Shown piece by piece: positions 1 through 12,003 of a stretch of DNA of 64,000 bases. The DNA lies in contig NC_045696.1 of the NCBI RefSeq assembly GCF_009834535.1, positions 96,474,001 through 96,538,000 of the forward strand, read 5' to 3'. The position numbers and the translations under genes are program-made. How positions within the stretch are numbered: position 1 is the stretch's first letter; each line of letters starts with the position of its first letter. Source of the DNA: Camelus ferus (lineage: Eukaryota). The notes under the pieces were generated by a model. That model had not been told where the DNA came from. It did not search any database and was given only the letters and a program-made list of their open reading frames with translations.

Positions 1-450
1 CTCACTAAAATGACATTTGCAAAACTCGCAAGATGTGGGCCCCTCAGCTCTCCCGTTACAGACAAGGAAGTGGGAAAGCTGAATCCAGCTGATGTCTACT
101 TCATCCGCACCTGCTCTTTGGAAACACATGACCAAATCATCTCCGTGACGACCTCAACATTTACTCTTAGGTATTAGCTTGCTTTACTTGTCTACATGGT
201 AGCCACTGGTCTCTAAAGCAGTTTGGAACTGGTGTAGCTTCCAGTTAAAGAAGAAATCATTGCTGGAGACCTGACCAATAATAACGAACTTTCTAGTGAG
301 ATTTACACAATTTCACACAAAATTAGCATCTACATCTGAAAAATTGTGGCTTTTCCGACCCCATTTGTCATCTCTCAAGACTCCTGAAAGAACGAAATTG
401 ATCAATTGATCATTCTGCAGAGGAAACAGAATGCCTCCAATAGTTGTCAC

Positions 451-948
451 TGTAGGAGAGGAAAACTTCCACTTCCCTTCCAGGTTCTTTGGCTGGCCTC
501 ATAATTAACTTGACATTAAGACAAATTAACAGGAGAAAAACAAATTTAATTTCATACGTGTACAGGAGCTCATAAAATATGAGACTCCAAGAATTGACCC
601 AAGCAGGTAATTTTTATCCCTTTCAGACAAAGAAATAATAAATTTGTGAAAAATTGACAAGACAAAGTGTTTTGGGCTTTGGGTAGTAAATTAGTGAAGA
701 AGTAACAAGGTTTGTTTATACAGCCATCTCGGTCATGAATGCCTTATCTCTGGTGATAAGGATGCCTTCCACCCTCCAGGTGCGGGGAGGGTACCCTCCA
801 CACGGGGAATTTATTTCCTGCTTTCAGGGAGACAGAAGAGGGTCAGACTGTCCTTCTTGCACTAGCTGTTTCTTAAGTAACTTTACTTCTAAATAATCAA
901 TATGTTGAAGTGGTATATTTTGGGGTGGCAAATTCTGCTCCCCCCTCA
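451..948 (-). mobile_element. ERV1-class solo LTR (MER34/MER39-like)
   Basis: Bounded by TG (451) and CA (948). The reverse complement begins TGAGGGGGGAGCAGAATTTGCCACCCCAAAATAT, typical of this LTR group. Family is from recall; no clean TSD. Confidence 0.65.
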
Positions 949-3900
949 CCCTCTCTAAGAGAGTTTAAAGATGACATGTTAGCTTTCTGGAAATCTTGGC
1001 CATTCATTTAAGTGAAATTGAAATTCGAATTCATTATTTCCCAAATGCTATCTTAGTGATAATAGGAGAATACTCTAGATTTTTTTTTTCACCTTTGAGG
1101 ACACATTTCTACCAAAACCTATGGTACCCTGGACTTCTACGGATCCTGGCAGGATGTTCCCACTCACAAAAGCATAGTCACCCTCAGGGGTCACCAAGGA
1201 ATGAAGAAGCAGCTTTCTTGCTGGCTGTGCCCTTCCTTCCCTATGCTGTAAGGACTGGAGGGGAGAGGTGCCCAATTCTGCAGTCCCAGACAGCTGCCAG
1301 AGGAGAATCCTGAGTGTGCAGTGTCTAGCACACTACATATGTTTGTTAATTGACTGATAATTCATGGTGTGACAGCCCTATAACTCAGCTCTCCTATTCA
1401 GACAGAAATTAACTCAGTCATCAAAGTCATTAAAAAGAAAAGGAAAAAAAAAAAAAAACCCACTACAGTACCAGCCAGATGGTGGGGACATCAAACAAGT
1501 GAAAGGAAAGTGGCTCGTCTTTGAATAAGACGCCCAGCAGCAAAAGCTGGGTCCGGTGCTGGTTACATACCAAATTCTAGCTTGAACAAGGCTTGGCAGG
1601 CTCTCTTAAATCTGCTGTACTCAAACCTTTCTTGGGAGCTGCAGCAGTGCTGGTCAGGTATGTGGGGAATCTGTCCAAGAGGTCCCGGCTGAGTTTGGGC
1701 TCCTGGTGGACATGGATAACTGGGCCAAGGAAGGCAGCATGCAGACCCGATCCTAACATCTTTGAGGCCTCGGGCAAGAAAGAGCACGAATGCAAGCCCA
1801 CGTGCCACGTGTCTAAAGATTTAAAAGTTATAAGCTATTCAATAAAACTTGTTTGGTCCTTTTCCCTTGATAAACATCTCTCTGTAAGGATCTGGAAGGC
1901 CAGACTCAAATTTAGAATTTTGAGCCCTGGGAATTCCGCACCCAAATGTGCTGATGGGAGGAGATGCGGCCCCTGCCTGTTCACTTCTCTTCCCGTGCCT
2001 GGTTCCGCCCACACCGCAAAGGGCCCCAGGCACACACGTGTGGACGCTCCACTGCATATCCGAGCTCTGACCGTGCCCTTCAAACAGTGGTTCCTTGACC
2101 ACCCTCTGGCCTCAGGGCTGGGCAACACCAGATCCAAATCCATCCCTGGGTAGACCAACCCAGGGAGATGCCTGTGCCAACCCAGGAAATGTGCTCAGGG
2201 TTGTGTGGGGAGGAAACTCCTGGGTCCTGGGAGTAAAGACTAGAGTGTGGGTTGGGGACTTCAGATGGACTCATGCCACTGACTTCAAGGATTCCTCATC
2301 CCATGGGGAGAGGTGTCAACAGGAGAGAGAGGGCAGGACCCTCTAAATCTGGGACTCATAGCAGGAGTCCCCCTTACTGGGGTCTAAGGGCTACACTGGA
2401 AACGGGCTGAGCCCTGTTCTCACCATCACTCACATCCCTTACACACCTCTCTCCACGTCCCCAGCAGTCAGGCCAAAAAGAGAGGCCCTTCCTGGGTATC
2501 TTTTGGCCCATAAGCCATAAAGAGTTACCTGTAGTCCCTCATTTCTTTTAGAGCCACAGACAGGCAGAAGCAAAAACATTCTAAAGTCACGGAGTTGTTT
2601 CCCCTCACATCTCTTAGCAGTCCCTGAGGGGTTGGCAGAGACGCGGGCTGGGTTTCCATGCTCTGACTCTGAAATGACCAAGGTGACCTCTGGGACAACC
2701 CCAGGATCCAGAGAGGAATCACAGCCCGTTCTCTCAACCGCTAGATCGTGTGCTGTTTCGGGGAGTCTGCACGCTTGAAATATTAGCACCAGCAAAGCGC
2801 TACTGGCCTTAAGTTACTACCCCAGCAACTCTGACTTTTAAGAATTTGAAATGAAGTCTCACTATGACGCTGTCTCCTTAACAAAGTCGTACCTTTAAAA
2901 TATTTAACAACTTGAAAAAGGAAACCGAGTTTGAATTTCCCTATCAAGCACGAAGGAAATACAGTATTTTGCTTCTGTCTAAAATTCGCCATCTCCTCAC
3001 ACAAAGAAGGTTCTTATAGTAAAAGCAATGGCATTTTCTCCACAATTTTCAAATAAAGGATAAAGAGAAAACAGCATCGCAGCCTTTTTGTTGGCTCTAA
3101 CAATAAAGGAATAATACGGTTTTGCCAGGGGAGAGCTCTGGTTTTAAGCTCAGAATACAAAACTAGGCAGACAAATTAAGGAACATTCTCTGAGACTGCT
3201 GAGAAGTGAAGTTTCAAGAATATTGTATCATTTGATTACTCAGAGGTGGGTGATGATGAGGAACAAGCTGGTGGGCCAGTCCTAGGTGAGATTCTACTGG
3301 AAGAAGTGGAGTTTCACCTTTCCTGCTCCCCCCGCCCCACCCCCTGCCCTACCTGATCCAGTCTCTACCCCAACCCAAAGCCAGCCTTTGGGAAAGGAAT
3401 GGGGGCTGTCACTTGCCTCGTGTCTGGAATGCACTCCCCACACAATCCAGCCCCCCTCTGCTAACTTTTCCTTCAGCTGCTTTCAAGGAACCTTCTATGA
3501 TGCTGCCCACCCTCTCAGTAATAGCTACCTACACCCCCCTGACTGTTACACTCACTGCGGTTGGTTTGTAATTGTCTCATCTGATTTCCCTGCCTGATTA
3601 TACTCTCTGTTAGAGCAGAAACCATATGCCTTTTCTCTAATGTTGAAATCTGCACCACTATTCCCATGCTTGGCCCTTAATAAGTCTAATTGAATAAATG
3701 AATGACTGAATTAATGCATGGGAACTTAAGCCACTATGTCGTGGCTCCCAGGGTATTTGAATTAACCGTAATTGACGGCAAAAGCACTTACCCCTCCTCA
3801 AGGAGTCATAAACCTAATGGGAGAGCATGTGGAGGAACCAGGCTCTGTAATAAGTTCTTTGCGGGCAGCCTACCCGAGGTAGTCCAGGCTCTCCTTGGTG

Positions 3901-4419
3901 TGAGGTGGGGTGAATGAAGTAAGGGATGAGGATAAGGACTTGCAAGATGAAAAGAAAACTTAAAAACCATAGGGAAAGCTACCAATTAATAAGCATTTAT
4001 ATGTGCCCATTCTCATAAATGTAAATCTTGAATCATCTTTATTATCCACATTTTATACACAAGGAAATTGAGACTTGCAGGTTAAGATTGCCTACTTTCA
4101 CATAGCAAGTGGAGGAACCAGGGTTTGAACCCAAATTGGTTTGACCAAGGTCAGAAAACCATCTCAGCAAGTCTCCTACTAACTAGCACCCCATGGTGGC
4201 ATCCTGGGATGCAACCGTAGCTGTGGAAGCCCTTGGGGTCCTGGCTACCCACGGTGCGCCTGCCTCTGCCCCTCTGGCCACCTGCTTCTGCCCCTTGTGC
4301 CACCCACCCACCTGGGGGGCTCCCCTTCTCCGTCCTCAGGGAGAGAGGGACTAGCAGAGTTTCCAGGCCCCACTCAGTACAGCATGCCCCTGTCATGCAG
4401 AGATCTCCCCAGACCACGG

Positions 4420-4745
4420 CCACGCCAGTTAAGATTAGATTAGGCTACCAGCAAGTGATAAATGAGGGGGAAATAACAATCATAGCTTAAATTAAATAGG
4501 TGTTTACTATTCTCTCACATAAGAACCTAGAGGGTGAAGTCCAGAGCTGGTTTAGTGGCTCCAGGTGTCTGATATCCAAGATTCCTCTTTTTCTATAATA
4601 CACGGCTTCCATTTCTAAGGCCACCTGGTCCAAAAATGTCTGCTGGAGCTCCAGCCATTGCATCCATATATCAGCCACAGGAGGGAGGATGGAGAAAAGA
4701 CAGTGCAGGCCCCTAAAACTGCATACTTTAAGGAAAGTTTCCTGC
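4420..4745. mobile_element. Old MaLR LTR fragment (MLT1-like)
   Basis: Motifs such as 'tccaaaaatgtctgctggagctccagccattgcatcc' and 'tttaaggaaagtttcc' resemble MLT1K/L LTRs. Boundaries approximate. Confidence 0.5.
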
Positions 4746-5398
4746 CCCTACATCCCAGGCCCTCTCAATCAACCAGTGTAGACAGACTTTGTTCAAAGCA
4801 GAAACACACCCAGGTAAAAACCGAGTTCTGGTATAAACAAGAACAGACACTCTCCCCCTCAACCCCTTATCCGACGCCACCTTTGCTCAGGGACACTTCT
4901 GGGCTGCTGTGGCCAGGTGGGAGCTGGAGGAGGGGGAGGAGTCATGCAACCTTCTGAAGGAAGCCCGAGGGTGTTTCACAAGGGGGCTGGATAACTGGCA
5001 TTTCTCCTGCATGACCTGTGAAGTACAGAGAAATTGGTTCTCTTGAAGCCACATCATAGCAGTGGCTGCTTTGTAGCCTGATTCCACCACTGTGCTTTTA
5101 AGGTGCCCAGCAATTCAGCCTTCTCATCATGCAAAGTGGAGCATCTCCCAGTCTTTGTAAGATCAGCTTGCTTCTACCCCCCAATGAGTCTTCTTACTCA
5201 GAGCCATAACCCAGGCACTACCACCCATTGGTTGGAGAATTAGGCTCATGATTACAAACTTGAAATCTATTTTTGCAGAAGAATGCAAATGAGGGTGACA
5301 GGAAAAGGTTTTCTTTAGTTTGCATGTAAACCCTCTTCCCTGCCCCTTACAATCAGAAAATATTTGTCCCAACACGTTGTTTGTTCCTTCTGTTGCAG

Positions 5399-5664
5399 GC
5401 TCCTGCGGCTGTCTTGTCACGATACTGTTTGCCTCTGAAGTGAAAATCCACCACCTCTCAGAAAAAATTGCAAATTATAAAGAAGGAACGTATGTCTACA
5501 AAACGCAAAGTGAAAAATACACCACCTCGTTCTGGGTGGTTTTCATTTGCTTTTTTGTTCATTTTTTGAATGGGCTTCTAATACGACTTGCTGGATTTCA
5601 GTTTCCTTTTGCAAAATCTAAAGACACAGAGACAACTAATGTAGCCGCGGATCTAATGTACTGA
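5399..5664 (+). CDS. CLRN1: Clarin-1, last coding exon (C-terminal 88 aa; upstream exons lie outside the window)
   Basis: Polypyrimidine tract and ttgcag acceptor at 5397-5398, phase 1. Translates (G)SCGCLVTILFASEVKIHHLSEKIANYKEGTYVYKTQSEKYTTSFWVVFICFFVHFLNGLLIRLAGFQFPFAKSKDTETTNVAADLMY*, nearly identical to the clarin-1 C-terminus. Confidence 0.97.
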
Positions 5665-6092
5665 AAGGCAAACATTTCTGTGGTTTTCACAGTAAGGGAG
5701 TAGAATGGCTTTGGTCACCTGGATGTGGTTAAATCTCTCCATCCTTTTAGATTCACAAATTAAAGCACCCCACTCTCTGTGACAATATTTACAAACTATG
5801 TTTTAAGGGTACAGGTTGGAAAGTAAAGGGAGCAGAAGGAAGGCTCTGGAAGGTTGTTTGACCTGGTAGGAAATTGCTTTGCCTGGGTACTCAAGTCATT
5901 TGACTAGAATGGACAAACTGTTACTTCATATCTACACCACAGCGCAAAATGCCTCCTCCATCAGGGAGGGACTGAAAGGCATGGGGAAATATATTTTTAA
6001 TACAAACAAATACTATTTCTGATATATCCACACATTTGTTGCCACAGATATCGGAAAACAGAGCTGGAATCACTTTCCTAAAATGATAGTGC

Positions 6093-6113
6093 ATTAAATG
6101 AGCATTGATTAAA
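6093..6113 (+). promoter_or_regulatory. Candidate CLRN1 polyadenylation signals (two ATTAAA)
   Basis: ATTAAA at 6093-6098 and 6108-6113 in AT-rich sequence 3' of the stop codon. Use is not demonstrable from sequence. Confidence 0.3.
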
Positions 6114-6485
6114 ATATAGCAACGTACTTTTGAAAAAGTCATTTAAAGCACTGTCTTATTCTTCATACCTGTTGGATGGATCTGCAAAATCTGTAAGCCT
6201 CTAAAAGGAAAAAAGAAGAAACACGGTGCTTTTAACAGACATAATTGCTGAGACCACTGAGAAATCATGAAAAATGATTCCTTCTAGTAAACTGGATGCA
6301 AAATGACTCATTGGGGCTGTTGCTTCTAACTTTAGTGTCTTCGAGCACTAATTCCCAATTATGAAAATTATTTTACATTCTGGGATTACGATGGTATCAC
6401 TGTGTCATCTTGGGTTTTAGTCTATCACAAAGCATGACCCAAGTAGCTTTTTTTCCCCTGAATTACCCATGAAATTGATCTGCAG

Positions 6486-6506
6486 CTGACCAAAGGCCAC
6501 AACTGA
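6486..6506 (+). CDS. CLRN1: Putative alternative terminal coding segment of CLRN1 (LTKGHN*)
   Basis: ctgcag|CTG ACC AAA GGC CAC AAC TGA matches the recalled ...TTSFW-LTKGHS ending of the short human clarin-1 isoform. It would need the internal donor TGG|gtggtt at 5536. Confidence 0.5.
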   Translation: MTKGHN

Positions 6507-9500
6507 ATCTGGAACTCACCCTTCCTCTGTCCTCCATCTGCTGCCGTCAAGTAAGCAGTCAGGAAGAGGCAGGGAATGGCTGAGAACAAACCACCATACC
6601 AGGTCCCTCTCCACAGCTGTCCAGAACTTAGCCCCCATATGAGAGGTTTGGCAAGTGCTAGTGTTAAAAAAAAAAAAATTCTTTTTCTTTATTGAAACAA
6701 TTTACAAGAAGCAAATAACTGTATACCCGAGAAATAACATGCCCTAAAGGTGATCTGTGGCCCACAGGCTGACATCAGAACACACTCTTTGTTTTCAGAT
6801 GTTAGTCTCTCCACCTTCAATCAAGATATTACAGCTGGAGAATTTCTAGAAGACCACAAGTCAGTCCAATGATAAAGAGGATGCTCGTTCCAGTAAAGGG
6901 CTAGTGGAGCCCAGTTCTGGAAGTCTTCACAAAACAGTTCAGTACAGAAACATCTCGTGGTCCTGTCTGCTCCTTCTAGGAAAGGCAGGAAAGCACAAGG
7001 AGCATCACCACCACGGGTAACCGGCCTGAGATCCCGGAAGGCCCCTACAGTCCCATTTGACCCACCCCCCACCTCTCTCTCTCCTCAAAGTTTTGAAAAA
7101 CATCTAACACCAAGCTTTCTTCTTTAGAAAACAACTCCCTGACTATTCTCCGTTCTATACAAAGAGAAAACTCAGAGCAGCAGCTGAACATCCAACGACA
7201 GCCTAATGGGCAAACTGGTGGGAAGTAGAGGCAGGGACGCTGGTCCCTGCAAATTGGCTCACATACACACAAATAAGACAAGATACCCTCTGGGCCCTCA
7301 GAGGAGAGCACTTAAGCTGCCCCCTCTCCTCTGGATGAAACCCTTTGTCCCACGTGGCCTGCGAGTAACCCTTCCAAGAAGGATGTGGCCAGGACTCTCT
7401 CCGTGGCTCTCTCTGTGGGGACCAGAGGCTCTGGAATGACAGTCATCGCCCCAGGTGGCAGCCCCGGTCTCAGGTTCTCATGGGGACGCAGGGCCCCCTG
7501 CTGGCTCTGGGGCGGCAAACACAACGACTGGGCGGGCGGGTGCTCGTTTCCGGTGTGGGCACACCCCTTCACCCCCAGAGCATCAGAGCTTATTTTGCCG
7601 TGGGAAAGAACGGCAAGAAGCCCTGAAAGTCAGGCCTTTCGGGACACAGCCTGCGGCAGTGCCGCGCAGACGGGGCACGCGCGGGTTGGGGAGCGCGCAG
7701 GGCGCCTTCCCTCTGCAAGCACTTTACGATTTACAAAGGTCTTTTGCTCTCGTGGTCTCATCTGCTCCTTCAGAGCAGCTGCTCTCATGTCACTTGACAA
7801 GCATCCAAGGCTCATCAGTCTGGCTGGTGGCTCACAGATTGCACAACCCGAAGGTAATCCCTCGCCTCTCCCGCGGCCCATTTGCAGAGAGAGAGGCCAG
7901 GCGGGGAGGCTGCCCCTCCCCGTTCTGGTGGACGGAGGAGGGGCCCACACTGGCAGCGTCAGGGTGCACCAGCTGGGAGAGACCCTGGCCTGCCATTAGA
8001 ATGGACACTGGGCCCAGTCATCCACCTATGGAAACCTGAACAAGTAGCCAGGGAGAGACTCTGGGTGGAGAGCAGGGAGCTTAACCTCTCTCTCAATTTT
8101 CCTCAGCCTTTCCCCTTCCAGTAAGACCCAGTAGAGGTAAAAAGGGTGGCTGTCACAGAAACGCTTCAAGACGGGTTCCAAGCCATCCACACTGTTCTTC
8201 TCACTGCCTCGCTGCCCCTGATCCCTTCTGTTTAGATCCTAAAAGCCTGTGCTGTTTGGGCGCTCAGGGTGCGATCTGGTGATACGCTGGGGCTCAGCCC
8301 CCATTCATCATGGTTCACGGCTCAGGGCCAAAGGCTGGTTCAGCAGCTAATCTCCCTCCTCCGAGTGACAAGGGACAGAGCCTGGTCAGTTTAGAGAATA
8401 GATACCTGCTCCTTGAAACAGAGAAAGACTGGGTAGGTGTGGGGCCCTGGCATCCACGATGAAATTCCCCTGCAGGGGAACACCCTCTTGCTGATAAAAA
8501 TGCTAATGCAAACTCAATAAACATATACTTTGATTTACAGACTTTGTGATTTCCCCCCACACCCCCTTAGATGCCCAGACATACCTGCCGTGTCACACCC
8601 AGAGCTGGGGCTCACTGGTCTATTTGAAATGTCTGAATAAGCCCGAAGCCGACTGGCTGTCCATGTTAGAAACCTCCAGAAAGTGTCCCCTGCAAGCCCT
8701 AAAACACAGTCTCAGACGATGGTTGCAGAGACCCCAGGGGATAGCTACAGTGCTCTGGAAGCCACCCAGCAATTAAAAGGCACATGTCTTGAAGGAACAT
8801 GTTTCTTTACTACAATCTTAGTCTGAGGGACTTAGGCTCACCTGGAAGGAAAAAAAATGAGTTGCAAATTGGCTGTGTCCTTCAGTGAGCACAAGTCCCC
8901 TCTGCCCCCTGTGGCCATCAGTCTAATTCGGGAGGAGAGTGAGAGCCGCGGGAGCTCTGCTAGCCTCTGTTCCCTCTCTCCTCCAGGCTGTTTGTAAGGG
9001 GGGCACCAAGGAGGTGGCTGGGCCCCTCGAGTAATTCAAGCCCATGCCCCACCAGAGACACACCGTCTCAGGGCACAGGAGCCACCCGCCCTATCATTGC
9101 AGCCTCCTCGGGTTCCAATTCGGCATGGACTTTACCTAGTGCAAAAAAGGGTATCACACCTAATTCACAGGTACACATTCCAGGATGCCACAGCTCACAG
9201 ATTTGCCCTTAAATTGCTATCCTTCCATGTAGCCAAGGAAAATGATGAGTGTCCCTTCACACAGGAAGGACAGGGTCTGACGCACATCTTCGCCAGACAC
9301 CCTTAGAGAAGCTGGCGTAGACCTTCACGTGCTGCCACACAGGCGCCTCCTTTGCCCTGCTCCTTTGCTGTCCCCCTTTCCTCGCCAGCTCTGTGGCAGA
9401 CAATGCCGTGTGCTTCTCACCACGTTCCTCGGTGGCACGCAGCTAAGCCACATTTCCTGGCTCTTTTGCAGCTGGTGCCATGGGAATGAGTCTGGACAGA

Positions 9501-11008
9501 CAGGAGGCAGGCTGAAGGGACCCATGCCACTTCCAGGCCTGGCGATGAAGACCCTCCCATGCAATCCTCCAGCTCTGTCTTCCCCTGGTACTGCAGCCTT
9601 GGAAGCCACGGCATCCAGGTGGCGAGGCTGCAAAACAGAGGCAGGCTTCATGACCTGCCCTGGAGGGTGACGAGAGTGGTAAATAAACTTCCTGTCAAGC
9701 CACTGAGTTTGGGTGGTTATTTGATCCTATCTTAGCCTCGCCAACAAAGCCCTGTTCTCCAGGAAAGTTCCGCTCCATGCCAGTGAGACACTAAGTCTCT
9801 TGAAATATAACCTGAGGCGAGGGACGCCCTCCACCACCAGCCCTGAGTGGCTGTCTGTGCCACCGCCCTTCCCGAAGCCACAGCCCTGTAGCCACATCAC
9901 TCCTCACCCACTGAAATGAAGACCAGAGAGTGAATTTTCTGCATAAATATCTAAAGAGTAAATAAATACTTTTGCTTATGCTGGTGTCCTTCAGGATTCT
10001 TTCCAAATGACAATGAATCAACCCCTTTTCATTCATTCAAAGAGGTTTTATCTTGCGTCTACAGTGGATCTAGCTGTGCGTGAGGCACTGAAGATGGAGA
10101 GGGGATGGAGGGCGTGAGAAAAACATGTTTTCTTGATCTTCACTTGAGAGCAGAGAAAAATGTCTTTCAAGCCTCTCCATCCTTATTTTCTTTTTAAAGC
10201 TTCAATTTATTATTAAAGACAGAGCTTTAAAAATTTGTGGTAAAAAACCTGACTAATCCGATGAAATTCCTGAACTATATAAATTGCCTCCAAATCAACA
10301 ATTGACCTAGAGTTTCATTTCTCACAAAATGGTGTAAGACTTGTGTACTTACTGTTAGTTAAAAACTGAAGTTTTTTTTTAACGTATCTGAAAGAGCCAG
10401 GAAAGGGGGGCTCCCATCCCTGTCCAGGTTGGGGTGTCACGTGGGTCGTGCTTGGGCAGGCAGCCATTTCCCCTCCACGGCACTACCTGCCCTCACTGCC
10501 CCTCCTGAGGGGTCAGGGCACTTGGAGGAGGGCTCTTCCACAGTCCTGGGTCAGGTGAGTCCTGAGCAAAGCCTTGGGGCCAAGTCCACTGACAGGAAAC
10601 GTGCTCCCTGTGGTTAGCTGAGGCTTCTCTTGGACAGCAGTGAGGATGACTGCCTCAGTTTCCCCAATGAGACAGTGCTGAAAAAGATGGTACTTCCTCC
10701 AGCAGAGATTCTAGGTTGAATCTAGGTGTCTCTCCTCTTCCTGCCCAGCCCCAGCCCTAGGAATTTTCTAGCTAGTTTGGATTCAAAAGCAAACTTACTC
10801 TGCATGAATGTCTCTGACTCTGTTTCACCCTCGAACTAGTGACTATTGAACTTAACATCACTTTTTAAGTTCACCTTAGTCCCCAGAGTTTACGTGCAGC
10901 TACATGGACTGGGCAGAGGTGTCTGCAGTACAGAAGTGAAAGCGTGACTCAGGCACAGGAGAGCAGAAAAGCCAACAGAACCAGGGAAACACTGCCCACC
11001 CTCAACGT

Positions 11009-11009
<1 letters not shown>

Positions 11010-11072
<63 letters not shown>
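11010..11072. repeat. (CA)31 microsatellite
   Basis: Perfect CA dinucleotide run. Confidence 0.97.
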
Positions 11073-11075
<3 letters not shown>

Positions 11076-11535
11076 CATGAAACTGGGAGCTCTTGGCTTC
11101 GTATTTTTTTTCACATTTTAGCAAACTTCATAGCAGCCCGCCCACTTCTGCCAATATGCTATTTCCTCTTTAAAATATATAAATATATAAAAACATAAAA
11201 CATATTCATGCCATATCAATCCTCTACTCTTTTTCTCAAAGGAAAGAAATCTTCCTAATTTTACTTAATATCTGGGTCAGGGAGCATTTAACATGAGAAA
11301 CAAAACCCCACTTAAGACATCTTAAGCCAAGAGCAAGAGAGTGAGAACAAGAATGCCTGGTGGAGACAGGGAGGGGGGAGAGAGAGAGAGAGCCACGTGA
11401 AAGACACACCTTTGCCTCCATCACATGAGTGCACGAGGGCGGCACGTGCACTCGGGCCCCAGGGAGAGGTGGATCAGGTGGAAAGCCTGCAACGCCAAGG
11501 TTGCCCTTCCCCTCCCTTCTCTCCTACCCTCTCCT

Positions 11536-11567
11536 CTGTGTGTGTGTGTGTGTGTGCGTGTGTGTGT
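11536..11567. repeat. (TG)n microsatellite, imperfect
   Basis: TG run with one CG interruption. Confidence 0.9.
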
Positions 11568-11943
11568 CTAAGGCCACATGCCTCTGGCTCCTGTTTGTCC
11601 CTATGCCTCTAATTCATTTTCCTCTCTCTCTGCACACTAGATTTCTTTGTTTTTTCACAGCATGAGGGAGAAAACTCCAGCTCTACATTATCTAAAGGAT
11701 CTACATTATCCCCAAGATCCAGGGCCAATGAGAGAGGCTGCGTGGGGGGTGGGGGGCGCACAGTGTGGTACAGGAGGGATGGAGAGATGGGGGAGAAAGA
11801 GAGAGAGAGATTACAAATACTAGAATGATGCAGCCCAGCCTCTGCATCAGATGCCCTTGATCAGGTGCCCATCCTTTGCTCCACAAACTTGAAGTCAGGA
11901 TGAGTCACAACTGCAGGGAGGGGCAGGGTACAGAGGACAAATA

Positions 11944-11975
<32 letters not shown>

Positions 11976-12003
11976 AGTGTGCCTCTGTGTGTGTGTGTGT
12001 GTG
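11944..12003. repeat. Compound (TG)n/(CG)n microsatellite
   Basis: TG runs interrupted by gcgcgc and short spacers. Confidence 0.9.

Noticed and set aside
1593..2153. 186-aa ORF in the CLRN1 intron
   Set aside because: No recognisable domain or splice structure, and overlapping ORFs on both strands; consistent with chance
6661..6700. Minus-strand AATAAA near an A run, suggesting an antisense 3' end
   Set aside because: The homopolymer is in the wrong orientation for a minus-strand poly-A tail; AT-rich chance match
6799..7016. Exon-like segment after ttgttttcag, possibly part of the decayed gene
   Set aside because: The two frames I translated both have stops and no convincing motif; not counted as evidence
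7385..8039. Overlapping 204-aa and 194-aa ORFs
   Set aside because: Explained by stop depletion in GC-rich DNA; no homology recognised
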